NCBI RefSeq assembly: GCF_006345805.1
Contig: NC_042997.1
Location: 43,152,001-43,216,000, forward strand
DNA from: Octopus sinensis
Lineage: Eukaryota
Direction: 5' to 3'
DNA length: 64,000 bases
Shown: in pieces, positions 39,018-56,486 of the stretch
Position numbering within the stretch: position 1 is the stretch's first letter
How the letters are laid out: every line of letters begins with the position of its first letter
Position numbers and translations under genes: made by a program
Notes under the pieces: generated by a model
What the model was told of the DNA's origin: nothing
Database searches by the model: none
Seen by the model: only the letters and a program-made list of their open reading frames with translations

Positions 39018-39360
39018 TAAGTAATTAAGGGTTTAGCAACGATTTGCCTCACCACACACCGAGTTTAGAAATAGCAGTCAAAGAGTTTTGGCTATTCTTT
39101 CTACTTAAAAGGGGGATCTCAGTAAAACCACAGCACTTAAAAGGCAAACGCAGGCAAAAGAGAAAGAAATGACGACAATCATTCTATATTAAGTCACCTA
39201 CGGACGTACGTTTCGAAATTAAGTCTTAGGAAAGCATAAAAATTAGATAATTATGTCTTACCCAACTATTTTTCTCTTCAGCGTAGGACTCTACAATTAT
39301 GAATAATTGTGTATTAAATTTGGAGGTACTAGAAGACATCACCTCAACTCATGGTATCAG
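39015..39360 (-). mobile_element. Non-coding hammerhead-bearing repeat abutting (TA)n
   Basis: Starts at the edge of a (TA)n tract and contains an intact hammerhead; right boundary approximate. Confidence 0.55.
39197..39287 (-). ncRNA. Type I hammerhead ribozyme, canonical core
   Basis: CCUACG-CUGAAGA-GAAA...UUUC-GAAAC-GUAC-GUC^CGUAGG: 6-bp helix I, G10.1-C11.1, palindromic helix III, GUC site. Confidence 0.88.
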
Positions 39361-40871
39361 AGCGAGCTTAAGCCGTTACCAGTATCACCAAATTCAAAGT
39401 GTGAATGAAAGTTTGTGTCACCAGCTGAGGTACCGTTAATTATTAATAAGATATCTGTTTATAGCAATAAAACATATTTCGTCAAATTTTGATATTTTTC
39501 AAAAATTTAAAATCTATATTAATGGGTAGAACCAATTTGACGAAAAATTGAGCAGAGTCTGGTAGCGAACCTGTGTCATTGTCATTTTTGTGCATGTGCG
39601 TAAAATGGCGAAATTTTATGCTTTGGGGCAGATTTCATCAAATTGATGTCACGATGGCTGGTGCGCAAATGCCTAAATTTTGCTTGAGAAAGAAAATGCT
39701 CTTACCCAATCAAAACCTGAAACGCTGTGGAATTAAAACAACGAATTGAAATAAAAAGTTTTAGCAAATCAAAACAATTCGCATTGAAATGAAGAATTAG
39801 CAAATGCTAAATAGATTACCGTTAATAAACTGTATGTTTATACCCATGAAACATTTTTCGCCAAATTTCGGCATTTTTCATCAAATTGATGTCATGCTAA
39901 AAATCGATTTTTAAAAAATTCCAAGTGCGTAAGCGACCGCATGGGCATAAGCCCCCCCCCACCACCACCATGTGTTAAGTTTCATCAAGGTCTGTTAGAT
40001 TGTCTCGGAGGAGTTAAAATAACAAATTAACAATTACTCAAACTTGCCATTTATTTTTCTAGATTAAAAAAAAAAAGTAGGCCATTTCTGTCCTGTATCA
40101 TGTATAAGGGAAATGTTTATGGCTTGGTTATGGACCGGTTATCGGACAACTGCCCAAGAGAACGTTGATTCATATAGAGTCACAAATGAGCACAACCAAG
40201 ACACTTCGCTTTCAAGTAACCCAGTCTACCGTATGGTGGAAGCGACTCACCACTCTGCATTGTAAAAATTGACGATTTTTCCTTTAGCTTACACAAAGAC
40301 TTCAGTTCCTGCGAATATAGTTTAGAGAAGGATAAGCTCTGTTGCCAATTTGACTTGCCTAAATATATTACGTACAGATAAAGTTATCATTGAGCCCTCC
40401 CACTTTCACTCTTGTGGAATTCACCCTAGTATAGGGTTGAAACAATCACAATAGCTTTCCTTGATTCGCCCTTAAAAGCTTCCACTATTAAATAGCCATG
40501 ACACCTTTTAAAGTAATGTTTTCTGTAAGTCTTTGATGTGCGAAAACTAAAAAAATACGATTTAGACAGTGAAATGCAATTTAGTATAGTGAAATATTAA
40601 TTTCGAAAATTGTGTACAAGGCTACAAATTTAGTGGTTGAGTATTGTCGATTAAATCGTCTCCAGTAATTGACAGATTCTATACTTTATAGATCTTGAAA
40701 AGAGAAAATATATGGCTGACGTCACAGAGGTGGAACTGAATACAGAAAGTAAAGGACCGTAAATTTCGACGCTCTGCCGTGTAAGCTGCTCAAACGTCAG
40801 GTGTCAGTAAAATAATGAACAAGATAATGACAAAAACACAAAGATGTTTTCACAATGCCACAGATACTTAC

Positions 40872-41048
40872 GTGATACCTTTACTGGCAGCGCATCATCC
40901 GGTTTTAGGTGAGGTATTGGTGTATCGGTACAAGTTTCCCCATTCCAACGGTATCCCCAGGAACAAAGACAATTGAAACTACCAACTGTATTTTGACATT
41001 TCATATGAGGAGGGCAGTTATGGATTCCTTCAGCACATTCGTCTAAGT
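40872..41048 (-). CDS. Internal exon encoding a calcium-binding EGF-like domain plus linker (host gene not identified)
   Basis: [40 protein letters not shown] fits cbEGF (D-x-D-E-C, six Cys, C-x-N-x-x-G-S-F-x-C); polypyrimidine/AG acceptor at 41049-41050, GTAAGT donor at 40871; 177 nt, phase 1-1. Confidence 0.85.
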
Positions 41049-41837
41049 CTATATGAATTTTATAAAGAAAATACAAGAAAAAATAGAAGAAATTTGAAAA
41101 ATTCTGTAAATTTTTTCTCTGTTGTATTAATACATTAAATTAATATTGACAAAACTATGTACGAAATTTTAAAAATATATACAAAATCATTCATTTACAT
41201 ATTGATTTATTTACATAAATATCTTCAATGACCTGGTTTCTGAACGAAATTCATACAATGTCATTTTTTTTTACTCAAAATTTTGGTCAACTAACTTTAC
41301 AAGAGTTGTCTTCCCTGCTTATGTTTGTATTTTAAACACTTATACAGAGAGCTTTTCCCTATTAATCTTTTGAATGATCTCAGTTCATGATTGTTTCAGT
41401 TTTTGATCACTATACTAGATATGTGAGACTTTATCTATGTATATAATCGTCAGGACGATCAAGCGGGTTTCTCATAAAACTTCAAGTTATGCACTTCCCG
41501 GTCAGATTCTTAGTTCAAATATTTAAAATTTGTAAGTGTTGAGTGTTCTTTGTTTTTATTTGAACACCTGTGTTTGCAAGCCCGTGTATGTGTGCACGAG
41601 CATATATACACGCATATAATATATGTATTCCCACACAGCAAAAAATATCGGAGAATTTGTTTTGGGGTTTGAAAATGTACGTGAATCTTAAAACGTGTAG
41701 TTCTTTTTAAATTTTGAAAACAGATTTATTCAAATACCACACCGGTTTCCACAATTTTTTTGCACCACGACAGAAATTGTAAAAAAAAACAAACTCTTTT
41801 TTTCTCTCCATCTTTTTCTCTTTCTCCTCTTCCGCTA

Positions 41838-41925
41838 TCAAAAGCATGATTGGAACTCCTTTCTTCAGTGTCAGTTTGTGAGAAGGTATTCCAGGAGGAT
41901 CCAAAGAGTTAAGAGATTCAGTAGT
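41838..41925 (-). pseudogene. Helitron/PIF1-type helicase fragment
   Basis: TESLNSLDPPGIPSHKLTLKKGVPIMLL resembles the LNSLxxxGLPPHxLxLKxGxPIMLLRN motif. Confidence 0.75.
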
Positions 41926-42099
41926 TATTATTATAGAAGATATAAAAAGGCAGTAGGTAGAAACAGCACATAATTAAGTCTAAGACATTTCAGTTTAAGC
42001 GGGAATTTAATAAAAGATTATTTACAGAAAAATATTAATATTACCAGTTTCGACGCATTTCATCTTATCAAATATTAATGAAAATTTATAAGAATTTGA

Positions 42100-43020
42100 A
42101 AAATTTGATGTAAAATCGTGGGCAGCTGCATTTAGGAGGTGGAGAGTAAGTCATGAAGATGACCCAACGTCTGGATGTCCTGCAAATGCCACCGCCGAGG
42201 AAAACATTGATTGTGTTCACCACATGGAAATAGATGACAGTCGATAGACAATGACATTAGCGTATCCCGTGAGAAGGTTGAGAATATTCTGCTCAATGAA
42301 AAATTGGCATGACAAAGGTTTCTCCTCGGTCGGTGCCACATCTTCTGTCATCCAATCAAAAACACCTATGGCTGATCACATCACGGAAAAAATCGACATT
42401 GCTTGAGGCAGATCCAGCTGGTTTCCTTGAATGGTTCTTAACTCAGGATGAGTGTTGGCTTCATCACTTCGAGATAGAAACAATCCATGCAGTAGAACCA
42501 CACCCCCACCTCACCTTTTCCAAAGAAGTTCGTTTCATCTGCAGGGAAGATGATGACCTCAGTTTTGGGGGATGCAAAAGGCATTGTGCTTCTTGACTAT
42601 CAATGGAAAGTACTATGTCAACTTGCACAGGCAGTTATCAAGATCAAAAATCCAGAGAAACTGACGAAAGGGGTTTTGTTTCATGAGGGCACTGCTCCAG
42701 CACGTAAATCCTTGGCTTCAATGAGTGCATGACTGTGGCTTTGAACTGATTGATTACCCTCTCTATTCTTCTGGTTTGGCCCCATCCAACTATCATTTGT
42801 TCCCCAATATGAAAAAACATTTGACTGGGAAGCAGTATCGCAGTGATGATGATTTCACATCTGTTGTTGATGACCCTTTTTTACTAACAGAATGAAAACT
42901 TCCTCACCAATGGGATCTAAGCACTGCAATTCTGATAGAATAAGTGTGTGAATCTTAAACTAGACTATGTTAGAAATGGACCTCATTTGGTCACATTCCG
43001 GAAGAGTATTTTGGTAAACT
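42100..43020 (+). mobile_element. Degraded mariner transposase relic
   Basis: TQDECWLHHF, VLFHEGTAPA and LAPSNYHLFPNMKKHL segments. Confidence 0.85.
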
Positions 43021-43231
43021 GATCAACGTGTGTGTAACTGGGTAATCTGAAAACCATCAGATACATTTTATCTAAAAGAATGAAAACTACGCATGCATAC
43101 ATACATACATATATAAATTTAAATAATTAGAAAATGGAGAAAACCTTAGATCAACAAATCAATTGGATCACATCTGTAGCTTATTATTATTTAATACAAA
43201 ACACGACGTAACATAACATTTATGTGACATA

Positions 43232-43288
43232 ACAATTCTTACGGCCGTTTCCACTTCCGATGCCAATCGGTGACTACGAAAGAATTGT
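43232..43288 (-). ncRNA. Hammerhead-like three-way junction with non-canonical 5' core
   Basis: ACAAUUCU-UUCGUAGU-CAC-CGAU(UGGC)AUCG-GAA-GUG-GAAAC-GGCC-GUA-AGAAUUGU. Confidence 0.45.
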
Positions 43289-43484
43289 GAAAATAATGTT
43301 CTTCGTCTTCATAGGATATTCGGACTAGAACATGGAGCTTCATTAGAGTGAATGAAAAAAGGGTTAGTGTGCCTGCATGTCCATGTCCACAGATAACACG
43401 GGGAACTGCTACCGATAGTAAATAAAGATATTTTATCCCTTAGTTGGTTACTATAACCTAACTTTGTTTACTTTATATATATAT

Positions 43485-43923
<439 letters not shown>

Positions 43924-44153
43924 GCCCCTTGACCAATCGTTTCGTTAGGTGGCTTAGTCAAGCAGAACGGGACGTCATCAATATTCTGACCAATCCCGAC
44001 CTATAGCTGTATTAGATCTTCCCCCTGTCTGCACCCTGTCAGGTGACCAGTCGAGCAGAACGGGACGTCATCAATATTCTGACCAATCCCGGCCTATAGC
44101 TGTATTAGATTTGCCCCTTGTCTGTATCCTGTCCAGTCTAGCAGAACGAGGCG

Positions 44154-44200
<47 letters not shown>

Positions 44201-44214
44201 ATACATATGGTTGT

Positions 44215-44480
44215 AGGTGTGGCTGTGTGGTAAGAAGTTTGCTTCCTAACCACATGGTTTAATCCGACTGCATGGCACCATGGGTAGGTGTCTCCCATTA
44301 TAATCCCGGGCCGACCAAAGCCGTGTGAATGGATTTGGTAGACGGAAACTGAAAAAAAAAAATCGTCGCGACCCATGTTGGTGTGTTTACGTCCCCGTAA
44401 CTTAGTCGTTTAGCAGAAGAGACCAATAGAAAAGTGCCAGGCTTTAAAAAAAAAATAAGTACAGGTGTCAGACCATTTTA
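44215..44480 (+). mobile_element. SINE (20284 family), degraded
   Basis: Head and body homology. Confidence 0.8.
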
Positions 44481-44719
44481 CTAAAATTGTGATCGAATCA
44501 TCCATGTGTTAACATGTTTCTCCTTGCGAGAATGTAAACTTTCATTTAACCAAGATACCCTTGGCCTGAAGAGTAGCCTGCGGTATACACATCGCTTGGA
44601 TATTTACCACTTCCGAGGTTCCGCTCGCTATGAAACATATGTAGCCCGGATTTTATCTACTCCATTCCTTAACTCTTGTACACACACACACACACAACAC
44701 ACACACACACACACACACA

Positions 44720-46054
44720 TAGGAGTTGCTAAAATTAGAGAACGGAAATAAAAATTAAAGATATTTACATTTTTACTTCATTTTTGCGAATGGGATTTTT
44801 ACTGCATATATTGAAGGCTTTTTTTAGTGTTAAATAAAAGTTCCTTTTTTTTTTCATACAAACAATGAACTTTAATCAATTATATATTTTCCATTTTCTT
44901 CGATGACCTTTTGCCATCTTTCTAGCAACCTCATGATGCTAGAACTTTTGCCATCTTTCATGATTTTAGAACTTCCGGTCCTTATCAGCCAAAAACTGAA
45001 ACAGGTGCGATTTCAGGTCTTCATCATTATTGAAAGTTTTACCATTCAAAGAATTTTTCAAACTTCGAAATAAATGGTAATCTGATAGTGCAAGGTTGGG
45101 GCTATATGGTGAATGTGACATCAGTTTCCGATCAAACTCCAATAATTTTTCACAAGTATCCAAAGACGTGTGTGGTCTAGCGTTATCATGGTGGAACACG
45201 ATTCCATTACGATTTTGCCAATTCAAGCCGTTTTCCTTTGATCCTTCCACCAGTTTCTTTAGTTGTTGACAGTAAACATCTGAATTGATTGTTTGGTTAC
45301 TTGGAAGCAGCTCAGAATGCACAACACCTTCGTAATCCCACCAAATTTACAGCATAAGTGTTTTTGATTCAATTCAGCTTTCGATGTGGCTTGTGCTGGT
45401 TCATTACGCTTGGACCATGATCGTTTTCAATTGATGTTATTGTAGACAATTCATCTTTCATCACCACTGATGATTCGTTTCTAAAGAAGGTCGACTTCAA
45501 TGCGTTTGAAATACATATCATCAATATCGATTCGCTGTGTTAAGTGAATCTTTTTCAATTTATGTGGAACACAAATATCATGATTCTTAATGGTTTCAAG
45601 ACATTTTAAGTAATTTTCAATTGTTGTGTGTGCTACATTTAACCTCTCCGCAATTTCTCGCACAGTTATATGGCAATCAGATTCAATTATGGCTTTCATG
45701 CATTAACTTCAGTAGGTCGATCAGAACGTTGGTCAAATTTGAGTGAAAAATCTCCAGAACGGAATTTTTTAAATCATTTCTGACATGTGCGTTCTGTTAA
45801 GCAATCAACACCATAAACTTCACATATTATTTTGTGAGCCTCAGCAGCTTTCTTGCTTTTATGGTAATAAAAAAGTAAAATATGGCGAAAAGTTTCGTTT
45901 TTGCACTCCATGTTAAAATTGACACTGAACTAATCGCTTTAAACAAGGTTGCACGTAACTTGCTTCTAAAGTGAAAATAACACCGACAAAAGTCATTCAA
46001 AAAAATTGTAACTCTATCTATTTCCGAAAACGAAATTACCTTCCTGCAACCCAA
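44720..46054 (-). mobile_element. mariner transposon relic
   Basis: TA|TTGGGTTGCAGGAAGG TIR at the right end; HITVREIAE, VPHKL, HHDNARPH and YSPNLALSDYHLFRSL motifs; left TIR poorly conserved. Confidence 0.88.
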
Positions 46055-46138
46055 TACTTTAAAGTATGTTCAGTATTTACAATGAATTTTGTATGAAGTG
46101 ATTAATAACTAAATAATTTATAACTAAATAATTTATGT

Positions 46139-46475
46139 GAAGGCGCATGGCTCAGTGGTCAAAGCGTCGAGCTTACGATCGTGAGGTTGTGAGCTCGAAT
46201 CCCGGACCGGGCTGCGTGTTGTGTTCTTGAACAAGACACTTTATTTCACGTTGCTCCAGTTCACTCAGCTGTAGAAATGAGTTGCGACGTCATGGGTGCC
46301 AAGCTGTATTGGCCTCTGCCTTTCCCTTGGATAACACTGGTGGCGTGGAGAGGGGAGGCTGGTACGCATGGGCGACTGCTGATCTTCCATAAAACCACCT
46401 TGCCCAGACTTGTGACTAGGAGGGTAACTTTCTAGGTGCAATCCCATGGTCAGTGTCGTGACCGAAGGGGGTCCC
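46139..46475 (+). mobile_element. tRNA-derived SINE, different family
   Basis: GGCGCATGGCTCAGTGGT A box and GAGCTCGAATCCC B box; central CCAGTTCACTCAGCTGTAGAAATGAG domain. Confidence 0.8.
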
Positions 46476-46787
46476 AGAATTTTTATTTGAAAAGTACAGG
46501 ATGGACAAAAATAGAGAACGCATGAGGTAATATTCAAGAAATCAATAATGTGAATGAAGAGAGCGGAAGAAAAACAGGAACTCGCCATCTTATTTTGCGG
46601 GTCTCCCAGAACGTTCGTCAATAGCGACATTTTTTCGGCCATCTTGGAAACGTCTGAATCACTCATACACTTGTGTGTCGTTCATACACTCCTCTCCATA
46701 CACTTTCTGTAACTTTCCGTAGGCCTCTGAGCAGGTATTGCCATGACAACTTTCTCTGTCGTGATCACTGCAACGATCACATTTCTG

Positions 46788-47951
<1,164 letters not shown>

Positions 47952-47964
47952 TAAGAAGTCTATT

Positions 47965-49460
47965 ATAAGCGTACTGAAGTCACCACACCGAAGCTGACGC
48001 AGGCACAATGTCTACCATACTCAGAAGGAGGCCGTAGCCTGATACAGACAGAGAACTACAATAAAATAGCAACAGATGGACTAGGAAAGTACTTAGAAAC
48101 AAAAAGTGAAAGACTACTGCATATAATAAAGCGGCGATCTTTCGTCTCTAGTAGACCTTTCCGTCGATTTCCGTAAAAAAATTTTTTTTTTACATATGGG
48201 CTTGCGGGAACTTTTGAAGTAATATACATACATATACACATACACCGAGTAAAAAATTTCAGTTATCTCTTTCTTTCACACATTACTCTGTCTCTTCACA
48301 CACACACTAACAGAAGCACTTCACTTACACAACATACTGTCTGTCTCCCACACCCCATCAAACACACACACACACACACATGTACATCAATGCTTCGGTA
48401 ACTTCAAAAGAACTTCCCTCGTCATACAATCGCTTTCTCTTAGTCTCTTTCGCTCTCATTACTTCAAAAGTTCCCGCAAGCCCATATGTAAATCGACGGA
48501 AAGGTCTACTAGAGACGAAAGATTGCCAATAAAGCAATATGAGAAAACGAAATCGCTTTTCTCTATACACAAGGGAGCGATAAAATACAAAACAGAAACA
48601 AACTACACTGATAAAATGACTTCAAATGACAACATAGCAGAAATGGTCAGAGAAAAAGAATTTATAATAACAGAAAACAGAATTATAAAAGATACTGAAT
48701 GGTGAAAAAAGTCACTCCACGGCCAATACCCTGCAAGGCTTGGCAGAGAGGAAATGGTCCTAAGTAAAGGCCAACACTGGCTCAAAAGCTCTGGACTAAA
48801 AGCTGAAATGGAAGAACTGCAGAGACCAATGCCAGACCACACTCAGCTATAAAAAGAAAATAATAAAAACAGACCTTAACACCAAATGCTGAATGGTCAA
48901 GACGCACAGTGAGACAGTTGACCACATCATCTCTGGCTGCCCAGTTTTTTGCCAAATCTGAATATATATATATATATATTTACAGACACGACCAAGTAAG
49001 CAGTTATATGGACAATATGCCTACATTACAACATTAAAACTGACAATAGGTAGTATAAGGACGTGCCAAACAAGGGACAAGACAACGACCAGGTCGCAAT
49101 CATCTGGGATATGCCGGTTGAAACCGACAAAGAAATAAATGATAATACCCAGACATAATAATTAAGGATTGGGGGAAAAAAACACCTACTTACTTATAGA
49201 CATTGCAGTCCTTCTGATCAAAATATTGTTCAAAAAGAAGTGGAGAAATTGTCTAAGTACAAAGACCTTGAAATTGAAGTATTCAAGATTTGGAGCATGA
49301 AGGTGAGAACAATATCAATAATAATTGGAGCATTGGGCATGATAAAAGAAAACACGAACAGAAACGTATAAGCTATATATAGATCTTCAACCCTACAAAC
49401 TATTAAAAAAAATAACCCTGTTAGAAACAGCCCATATCCTACGCAAGACACTATCAATTC
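47965..49460 (+). mobile_element. R4/Dong-like LINE 3' fragment, degraded and interrupted by a MITE
   Basis: EGGRSLIQ, WLKSSGLKAE, ETVDHIISGCP, WDMPVETD and KLSKYKDLEIE motifs. Confidence 0.85.
48133..48527. mobile_element. GG-terminal MITE with perfect 8-bp TSD
   Basis: ~70-bp TIRs beginning GGCGATC / GGCAATC; TSD AATAAAGC at 48125-48132 and 48528-48535. Confidence 0.9.
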
Positions 49461-49792
49461 AATTATACAATCTAAACAAAACTCGCATACACAAGACACA
49501 TTTCATTAGCAATTATCTTGTGAAGCAAACTTTCACCAGCAAGCCAGATAGCAAACGCACTACACACTCACCACACCCAAACAACCTGTAATACAACAAA
49601 AGACTGTAGCGCACCTCAAGAAAATAAAAAAACAGTAACACAATACAATACTGGGATGACTGTACGCACTTGCAACAACAACAAAAGAATACACTATTCT
49701 GGACACACCCTAGCACCACGAAGGTGTGGCTGGTGATGCAGTATAAATTTGCCTCAAACTACCAAATGTTGAACAACAACAACAATAATAAT

Positions 49793-50300
49793 AGTGGAAG
49801 TGTTATCATGTACATTGTTTTGTCTTGGTATAAAAGATCGGCTAGGGCCAATATTCTGCTCAATACCACAGATTTGCTTGTCAGTTGTTTGACCTTAACC
49901 AGTTGAGCATGTCCCTTAATGGCTGATGATATGCGCATCCCTGACCACGAGCAGAAGTAGTGGGAGAGCATCATAGTCATGTGTTGAGAGGGATTCTTTG
50001 GGGTTTCGATAATTCACATTTGGAAACACGGGTGGTTCGTTCAACATCCTAAAGCAATCCTTATTCAGGGACCTTTTGAGTGGGATGGGCTATTTGAGCT
50101 GAAGAAAATTCTAAGTGGGCCCCACCCACAAGGTCATGTGCTGTTTATTTTGATATGAGATCACCATGTCGCGCATATATGGTTGTGATGCATGTGCCTG
50201 GTGTACCTTTATCAGACGGGTAGTCATGATGGGTATACTGGGCTTCGTATATTTTACCCCAGTGTCACTTTGATGGTATGCACTGCTCTCTCACTCAATA
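49793..50300 (+). mobile_element. Non-coding (AAT)n-tailed retroposon, copy 1
   Basis: Closely similar to 51084-51650; ends CTCTCTCACTC(AAT)n. Confidence 0.8.
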
Positions 50301-50319
50301 ATAATAACAGTAATATACT

Positions 50320-50827
50320 GCAAGTATGGATATGAGGTGCTTGGTACCAACATACACCGGAAAAAGGTAATGGACGAAAAGAGGAAGGCAAAAATCCTCT
50401 GGGACTTTAACTTCCAGACAGACAAAGTATTAGATCACTGAGGGCCAGATGTAGTAACCTTTAGTGCCTGATTATTGACGTGGTAGTGTCAGGTGATCAA
50501 AATAGGAGAAAAGGTTGATAAATATGGAGACCTGAGAATTGAAATCGCTAAGATGTGGCAGCTACGAGTCAAGCATAAAGGTTATCCCTATTGTCATCGG
50601 AGCATTGGGTTCAATACCACTCAGTCTGAAAAAAATATCTGAAAACTTTAGAAATACCCTACAATCTAAGTGTATTGCATAAGTTGGCATTACTTGGAAC
50701 TGCACGCATATTGCGTAAAGTACTGTTTGTTTGGGGTCCTTGTCGTGACTTGACAAACAGTACAAACCCCCGACAGACACAATATCTTCAATCAACAACC
50801 TCCCGATATTGTATACTGTACGACGTC

Positions 50828-50830
<3 letters not shown>
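50320..50830 (+). mobile_element. REL-LINE 3' fragment
   Basis: LWDFNFQTD, KYGDLRIEI, IPIVIGALG and LLGTARILRKVL motifs. Confidence 0.85.
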
Positions 50831-50858
<28 letters not shown>

Positions 50859-50893
50859 GTAATAATAATAATAGTAATAATAATAATAATAAT

Positions 50894-50977
<84 letters not shown>

Positions 50978-51018
50978 TGATGATGATGATGGTGGTGATG
51001 ATGATGATGATGATGATG

Positions 51019-51084
<66 letters not shown>
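50829..51084. repeat. (AAT)n/(GAT)n microsatellite
   Basis: Directly visible. Confidence 0.98.
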
Positions 51085-51087
<3 letters not shown>

Positions 51088-51650
51088 GCCCTGATGTAGT
51101 ACCAGGCAGTGACTCTCGTGGCTTCTGATCTTAACCGATTGGAAGTGTTATCATGTACATTGTTTTGTCTTGGTATAAAAGATGGGCTACAGCAAATATT
51201 CTGCTCAATACCACACATTTGCTTGTCAGTTGTTTGACCTTAACCAGTTGAGCATGTCCCTTAGTGGTTGACGATATGCGCATCACTGATCACGAGCAGA
51301 AGTAGTAGGGGAGCATCATAGCTGTGTGTTGAGAGGGATTCTTTGAGGTTTGATAATTCACCTCTGGAAACATAGGTGTTTCGTTCAACATCCTTAAACA
51401 ACCCTTATTCAGGGACCTTTTGAGCGGGATGGTTTACTCGACCAGAAGAAAATTCTAACTGGGCCCCACCTGCAAGGTCATGCGCTGTTTATCATGATAT
51501 GAGATCACCATGTCGCACACATATGGTTGTGATGCATGTGCCTGGTGTACCCTTATCAGACGGGTAGTCATGATGGGTATACTGGGCTTCGTATATTTTA
51601 ACCCAGTGTCACTTTGATGGCATGTACTGCTCTCTCACTCAATAATAATA
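51084..51650 (+). mobile_element. Non-coding (AAT)n-tailed retroposon, copy 2 (more complete)
   Basis: Flanked by (AAT)n on both sides; homologous to 49793-50300. Confidence 0.8.
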
Positions 51651-51773
51651 ATAATAATATAATAATAATAATAATTGCCAGATAGGACTGGAGCCTGGTG
51701 CAGCCTTCTGGCTTCCCAGATCCCCGGTCGAACCGTCCAACCCATGCTAGCATGGAGAACGGACGTTAAACGA

Positions 51774-51846
<73 letters not shown>

Positions 51847-51847
<1 letters not shown>

Positions 51848-52240
51848 TGGGACTTTCCAGTACATACAGACCGAACCATCAAGGCCAATAAACCAGATAT
51901 TGTTGTGAAAGACCAAAACAATAAAGTTTGCTTATTGATCGACATGAGCATCCCCTGTGATCATAATATCTCAGCGAAAGAGTTTGACAAGCTCAGAAAA
52001 TATAAAGACCTACTCATTGAAATTGAGAGAAAATGTGGCATCTCAAGGCGGTTACAATACCAGTGATCGTAGGAGCACTAGGAATGATCAAGAAGGGAAC
52101 CGAAAATTATATGAGAATGATCCCTGGCTTACCATCCCTGCAAGAAGTGCAAAAGATTGTCTTAACTGGTACATCACACGTATTGAGAAGAGCATTGTCG
52201 ATGTGAGAACTGTTGCTGCTCATGCATTTTAATTTAACTT
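51847..52240 (+). mobile_element. REL-LINE 3' fragment
   Basis: WDFPVHTDRTIKANKPDIVVKD...IDMSIP...KYKDLLIEI; begins directly after (AAT)n. Confidence 0.88.
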
Positions 52241-52403
52241 AAAAAAAAAAATAAAAAAAAAAAATGAACGAACTACTGAGTTTGGTTTAATGGCCTACCA
52301 ATATACACTATGAGTTTCTTTGCCCTAGGAGTCGGGAAGACACTCGGCAAGAAATGGAAGAAAATTTGAAAGAAGAAGAAAAATAAGTAATAATAATAAT
52401 AAT

Positions 52404-56486
<4,083 letters not shown>

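Noticed and set aside
39430-40066. Possible further Helitron-like element (5' end like TCTAGAAAAATAAA... on minus)
   Set aside because: No 3' hairpin-CTRR end could be located, so boundaries are unsupported.
43925-43985. Minus-strand UUGAUGA...GAAAC-GAUUG-GUC
   Set aside because: Helices I and II do not pair convincingly.
52310-52352. Hairpin upstream of the Dong-like element as a possible HDV-like ribozyme
   Set aside because: Only a simple stem-loop; the nested double pseudoknot could not be assigned by eye.
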